Shown: one piece after another, positions 60,426 through 64,000 of the stretch | Layout: the number at the start of each line of letters is the position of its first letter | Position numbering within the stretch: the first letter of the stretch is position 1 | NCBI GenBank assembly: GCA_963706325.1 | Contig: CAVPLT010000005.1 | Coordinates: 51,663-115,662, forward strand | Length of the DNA stretch: 64,000 bases | Origin: an uncultured Nitrospiraceae bacterium | GTDB lineage: Bacteria; Nitrospirota; Nitrospiria; Nitrospirales; Nitrospiraceae | Reading direction: 5' to 3' | The notes under the pieces: generated by a model | What the model was told of the DNA's origin: nothing | Databases searched by the model: none | The model's input: the letters and a program-made list of their open reading frames with translations, nothing else | Position numbers and translations under genes: made by a program

Positions 60426-62762
60426 ATGGCTAAATCGCTGATCATTGTGGAGTCCCCGACCAAAGCGCGCACGATCACCAAGTATCTTGGTCGAGGATAC
60501 TCTGTCATGGCCTCTGTCGGGCATGTCAAAGATTTGCCGACCAGTAAGTTGGGCGTGGATCTCGACAACGATTTTGAGCCGCAGTACGTGACGATCAAGG
60601 GAAAATCAAAAGTCCTCACTGATATCAAAAAGAAGGCGCAAGAAGTTGATACGGTCTTCTTGGCGCCGGACCCTGATCGCGAAGGAGAAGCGATTGCATG
60701 GCATATCGCGCAGGAGTTGGAAGGGAAAGGAAAAAAGAAGGGCCGCAAAATATATCGGGTTCTCTTTAATGAGATTACGGAATCGGCCATCAAGCGGGCG
60801 CTGAAATCACCCGGTGAAATCGACTTGAAGCTCGTGCAGGCTCAGCAGGCGCGGCGGGTCCTCGATCGTATCGTCGGCTATCAAGGCAGTCAGCTGCTAT
60901 GGAAAAAGGTACGGCGAGGTCTCAGCATGGGCCGTGTCCAATCCGTGGCAGTGCGGCTGATTTGCGATCGTGAAAAAGAGCGGGAAGCATTTAGGGCGGA
61001 AGAATACTGGTCCATTGTGGCGCTCTTGGCCGGAGACAATCCGCCGGCCTTTGAAGCCAAGCTGCATTCCATCAACGGACAGGATGCGGACATCAGCACT
61101 GGTGAGCACGCGCAGCAAATTCTCAACGCCGTACAGGCCAAGGCATTCGTCGTCCATTCAATTGAGCGCAGGGAGAAGAAACGAAATCCCGTCGCGCCAT
61201 TCATCACGAGCCGGCTTCAGCAGGAAGCTGCGAGGAAACTTCATTTCACGCCGAAAAAGACAATGACGCTCGCCCAGCAATTGTACGAAGGGATCGAGAT
61301 CGGATCGGAAGGGGCGACAGGCCTGATCACCTATATGAGGACGGACTCTCCGCGAATATCACAAGAAGCGATGGAAGATGCCAGGGTGGTGATTCGGGAG
61401 CGATTCGGAGTGGAGTATCTGCCCGCTACCCCCAATGTCTACAAAACGCAAAAAGCTGCACAAGAGGCGCATGAAGCCATTCGGCCGACCTCCGCTGGGC
61501 GTGATCCCGAGACGATCCGCCAGTATCTCGAACAGGATCAGTATCAGCTGTACAAATTGATCTGGAATCGATTCATCGCTTCGCAAATGGTACCGGCGAT
61601 TCTGGATGTGACGCGTGTAGACTCGAGTCCGGTGGGAACGCCGGATCGATATGTTTTTCGTACGACGGGCACAGTGGTCAAGTTCGCCGGGCACACGGCG
61701 GTATATTTGGAGGGAACGGACAAAGAACTGTCCTCGCAAAAGCCCAAGAGCGAGCAGGAGGCTGATGACGAATCGGACCGTCAACTTCCTGCGCTCAGAG
61801 AAGGCGAAGCGTTGCGTCTGGTGGCTCAGGAAGGCCAGACTATGCCCGGTTTCCTCTCCAAACAACATTTTACGCAACCACCGCCACGGTATAATGAGGC
61901 GCTGCTAATTCGGGAGTTAGAAGATAAAGGTATTGGTCGACCTTCTACATATGCCTCGATTATTTCCACGATTCAAGATCGCAAATACGTCGAAAAGGTC
62001 GAAGGACGCTTCCTGCCAACGGAGACTGGTCGGACGGTCAACGAGTTTTTGCTGAAGGGATTTCCGGATCTCCTCGATACCGAATTTACCTCCCATATGG
62101 AGGAACAGCTTGATGAAGTCGAAGAGGGCACGAAGCCTTGGGTTTCTGCTGTCCGGGAATTTTATACCCCTTTTGTGAAAGACCTTGAGCTAGCTCAGAG
62201 CATTCCAGGGCCCAAGGATATCGTCGAGCCGCCCACAAACCTTCCCTGTGAAAAATGCGGCCGCATGTTGGAGATCAAGTGGGGACGGAATGGGAAGTTC
62301 CTGGCTTGCCCGGGATATAAGGATGATCCTCCCTGCAAGAACACGCAGAATTTTGAAAAGTTGCCGGATGGGACGATCAAGATTGTTCCCAAATTGGAAG
62401 AGACGACCGACGAAAAATGCGAGAAGTGTTCGAGTCCAATGGTGGTGAAATCAGGTCGCTTCGGCAAGTTCTTGGCCTGTTCCGCTTATCCTGAATGTAA
62501 GACGACCAAACCAATCGCCTTGGGCGTCAAGTGCCCTCAACCTGACTGCGGCGGAGATTTGGTTCAGAAGCGCACCAAAAAAGGGCGGAACTTCTACTCC
62601 TGTAGCCGCTATCCGCAATGTGAATTTGCCCTATGGGATCGACCCATCAACAAGCCCTGTCCCAGCTGCCAGGCTCCGTTCCTCATTGAGAAAGTCAGTA
62701 AGCAGACCGGACGTTCTGTTCAATGCCGGAACGAAGAGTGTGGTTATCGCGACGCCGGTTGA
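60426..62762 (+). CDS. topA: DNA topoisomerase I
   Basis: 778 aa with the TOPRIM motif LIIVESPTKA, the active-site region YMRTDS and four C-terminal CxxC zinc-ribbon units. Confidence 0.95.
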   Translation: MAKSLIIVESPTKARTITKYLGRGYSVMASVGHVKDLPTSKLGVDLDNDFEPQYVTIKGKSKVLTDIKKKAQEVDTVFLAPDPDREGEAIAWHIAQELEGKGKKKGRKIYRVLFNEITESAIKRALKSPGEIDLKLVQAQQARRVLDRIVGYQGSQLLWKKVRRGLSMGRVQSVAVRLICDREKEREAFRAEEYWSIVALLAGDNPPAFEAKLHSINGQDADISTGEHAQQILNAVQAKAFVVHSIERREKKRNPVAPFITSRLQQEAARKLHFTPKKTMTLAQQLYEGIEIGSEGATGLITYMRTDSPRISQEAMEDARVVIRERFGVEYLPATPNVYKTQKAAQEAHEAIRPTSAGRDPETIRQYLEQDQYQLYKLIWNRFIASQMVPAILDVTRVDSSPVGTPDRYVFRTTGTVVKFAGHTAVYLEGTDKELSSQKPKSEQEADDESDRQLPALREGEALRLVAQEGQTMPGFLSKQHFTQPPPRYNEALLIRELEDKGIGRPSTYASIISTIQDRKYVEKVEGRFLPTETGRTVNEFLLKGFPDLLDTEFTSHMEEQLDEVEEGTKPWVSAVREFYTPFVKDLELAQSIPGPKDIVEPPTNLPCEKCGRMLEIKWGRNGKFLACPGYKDDPPCKNTQNFEKLPDGTIKIVPKLEETTDEKCEKCSSPMVVKSGRFGKFLACSAYPECKTTKPIALGVKCPQPDCGGDLVQKRTKKGRNFYSCSRYPQCEFALWDRPINKPCPSCQAPFLIEKVSKQTGRSVQCRNEECGYRDAG

Positions 62763-63053
62763 TCCGTGTGAATCGTACGTTCCTTCCTTTGTGTCGCCCC
62801 CATAGCCTCGGCCAGGTATACGTGTCGCGTTAAAGCCTTCATCCGTGTGCCCTTCAGCTGGTCATGTGCCTGACCAGATTCGACAATGAGATCTGTTTTC
62901 ATCGGAATTGAGAATGGTAGTCATATATACGTAACTTAAGACTTGACAGAGACCCCGGATTGTTCATACATAGAATATAAGGTGTAACTAGCAGGCGAGC
63001 GGCCGAGGCGGTTGCTCGCGAGGCGATAACGGTTCTGTCGGAAGGAGGCAGCG

Positions 63054-63530
63054 ATGAAATCCAAGCAGGGGGTGATCGAAGTTCTGAATAAGATTCTCAC
63101 GGCGGATCTCACGGCCATCAATCAATATTTTGTGCATGCCAAAATGTGTTCGAATTGGGGCTATGATCGGTTGCATCACCATGTCCGGCAGCGGTCCTTT
63201 GATGAAATGAAGGATGCTGAAGAGTTGATTGAGCATATTCTGTATTTGGAAGGTGTGCCCAATTTGCAGCGTATGAATACGGTGCAGGTCGGGGAAACCG
63301 TGCCTGAACAGTTCAAGGCAGATCTGAAAGCCGAGCAGGAAATGTTGAATCTCTTGAGCGATGGCGTGGTGCATTGTACGAAGGTCGGCGACTTCACCAC
63401 CCGGCATATGTTTGAAGATATGGTTAAAGATGTCGATGAGCACATTGATTGGATTGAAACGCAAATGGAGACGATTAAGCAGGTGGGCCTTGAAATGTAT
63501 CTCTCCGAGCAGATCAAGAAAGAAAGCTGA
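63054..63530 (+). CDS. bfr: bacterioferritin subunit (heme-ligand Met52 present, ferroxidase ligands partly substituted)
   Basis: 158 aa: VIEVLNKILTADLTAINQYFVHAKM...SFDEMKDAEE...DEHIDWIETQ, which aligns to E. coli Bfr. Confidence 0.85.
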   Translation: MKSKQGVIEVLNKILTADLTAINQYFVHAKMCSNWGYDRLHHHVRQRSFDEMKDAEELIEHILYLEGVPNLQRMNTVQVGETVPEQFKADLKAEQEMLNLLSDGVVHCTKVGDFTTRHMFEDMVKDVDEHIDWIETQMETIKQVGLEMYLSEQIKKES

Positions 63531-63538
63531 TCAGAATT

Positions 63539-64000
63539 ATGAAAGCAAAAGAAGGAGTTCTCGAATTTTTGAATCAAATATTGAAGTCGGAATTGACGGC
63601 CGTTCATCAGTACTTGCTTCATGGGGCTATGTGCAAAAACTGGGGCTATGCGCGGCTTCACGAGCATTTTAGCCATCTGGCCGATGAGGAAGTCGGTCAT
63701 TCCTCAGGTCTGATCGATCATCTTCTGTATCTGGAGGGCTCCCCTGAGGTGGGGCACGTCGACCAGGTTGGGGTCGGACGGACGGTCGCGGACCTCCTCA
63801 AGGCGGATCTTGAGTTTGAACGTGACGATGTGGAGTTGCTTCGTCAAGGTATCTCCCATTGTTCCAAGGTGAAGGATTTTACAACACGGCATTTGCTCGA
63901 ACACATGATCATCGATACCGAAGAGCACATTGATTGGTTCGAGACGCAGTTGCGGACCATTGATCAAGTGGCATTAGAGATGTATCTGGCAGAGCACATT
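63539..64000 (+). CDS. bfr: second bacterioferritin subunit, partial (runs off the window end)
   Basis: ATG at 63539. The 154 in-frame codons read MKAKEGVLEFLNQILKSELTAVHQYLLHGAMCKNWGY...LADEEVGHSS...EEHIDWFETQL with no stop before 64000. It is absent from the ORF track because it is open-ended. Confidence 0.8.
   Translation, partial: MKAKEGVLEFLNQILKSELTAVHQYLLHGAMCKNWGYARLHEHFSHLADEEVGHSSGLIDHLLYLEGSPEVGHVDQVGVGRTVADLLKADLEFERDDVELLRQGISHCSKVKDFTTRHLLEHMIIDTEEHIDWFETQLRTIDQVALEMYLAEHI

Noticed and set aside
62988-63967. Minus-strand ORFs of 87-174 aa across the bfr genes
   Set aside because: They are antisense to two clear bacterioferritin reading frames and have no independent support.

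Overview
Most of this GC-rich 64-kb window is ordinary bacterial chromosome; the only accessory DNA is a decayed mobile-element region at about 2.3-12.3 kb. I found no CRISPR array, recognisable defence island, toxin-antitoxin pair or biosynthetic cluster, and I cannot support a claim of a new multi-gene system.

The gene content looks like a Nitrospira/Nitrospirota-like autotroph. That guess is inference only, resting on the five-subunit 2-oxoacid:ferredoxin oxidoreductase operon and the ilvBNC-psd-pssA-leuA cluster.

Layout:
- 331-2115: Kef-type antiporter.
- About 2.3-12.3 kb: accessory region next to tRNA-Asn. It holds two paralogous large serine recombinase pseudogenes, a nested IS3 element with a nonsense codon, an ImmR/ImmA-like regulatory module, a rolling-circle Rep-like remnant and a decayed HXXEE membrane gene. 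One cargo gene is intact, a membrane-anchored SGNH hydrolase.
- 12.3-64 kb: core genes. These are the five-subunit OFOR operon, yciI/DUF2203, rho, rpmE, prfA-prmC, murA, hisGDBH-(lipoprotein)-AF-IE, HIT, dnaG-rpoD, tRNA(CAT), a COG1579 zinc-ribbon protein, an M48 peptidase, rnpB, a glutaredoxin-like gene, ilvBNC, psd-pssA, a Leu T-box leader plus leuA-cupin-leuB, an NHL protein, asd, DUF2905, a SpoIID-like gene, queA (frameshifted), a SurA_N protein, an RDD protein, mreBCD-mrdA-rodA, rng, dprA, topA and two tandem bacterioferritin genes.

Observations most worth a second look:
- the stacked, decayed serine-recombinase elements at tRNA-Asn;
- a well-formed Leu (CUC) T-box upstream of leuA;
- a multiply frameshifted RNase HIII-like relic at 34.7-35.3 kb;
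- a frameshift in queA;
- a complementary heme-site/ferroxidase-site bacterioferritin pair.

Coordinates of non-ORF features were counted by hand and may be off by 1-2 nt.
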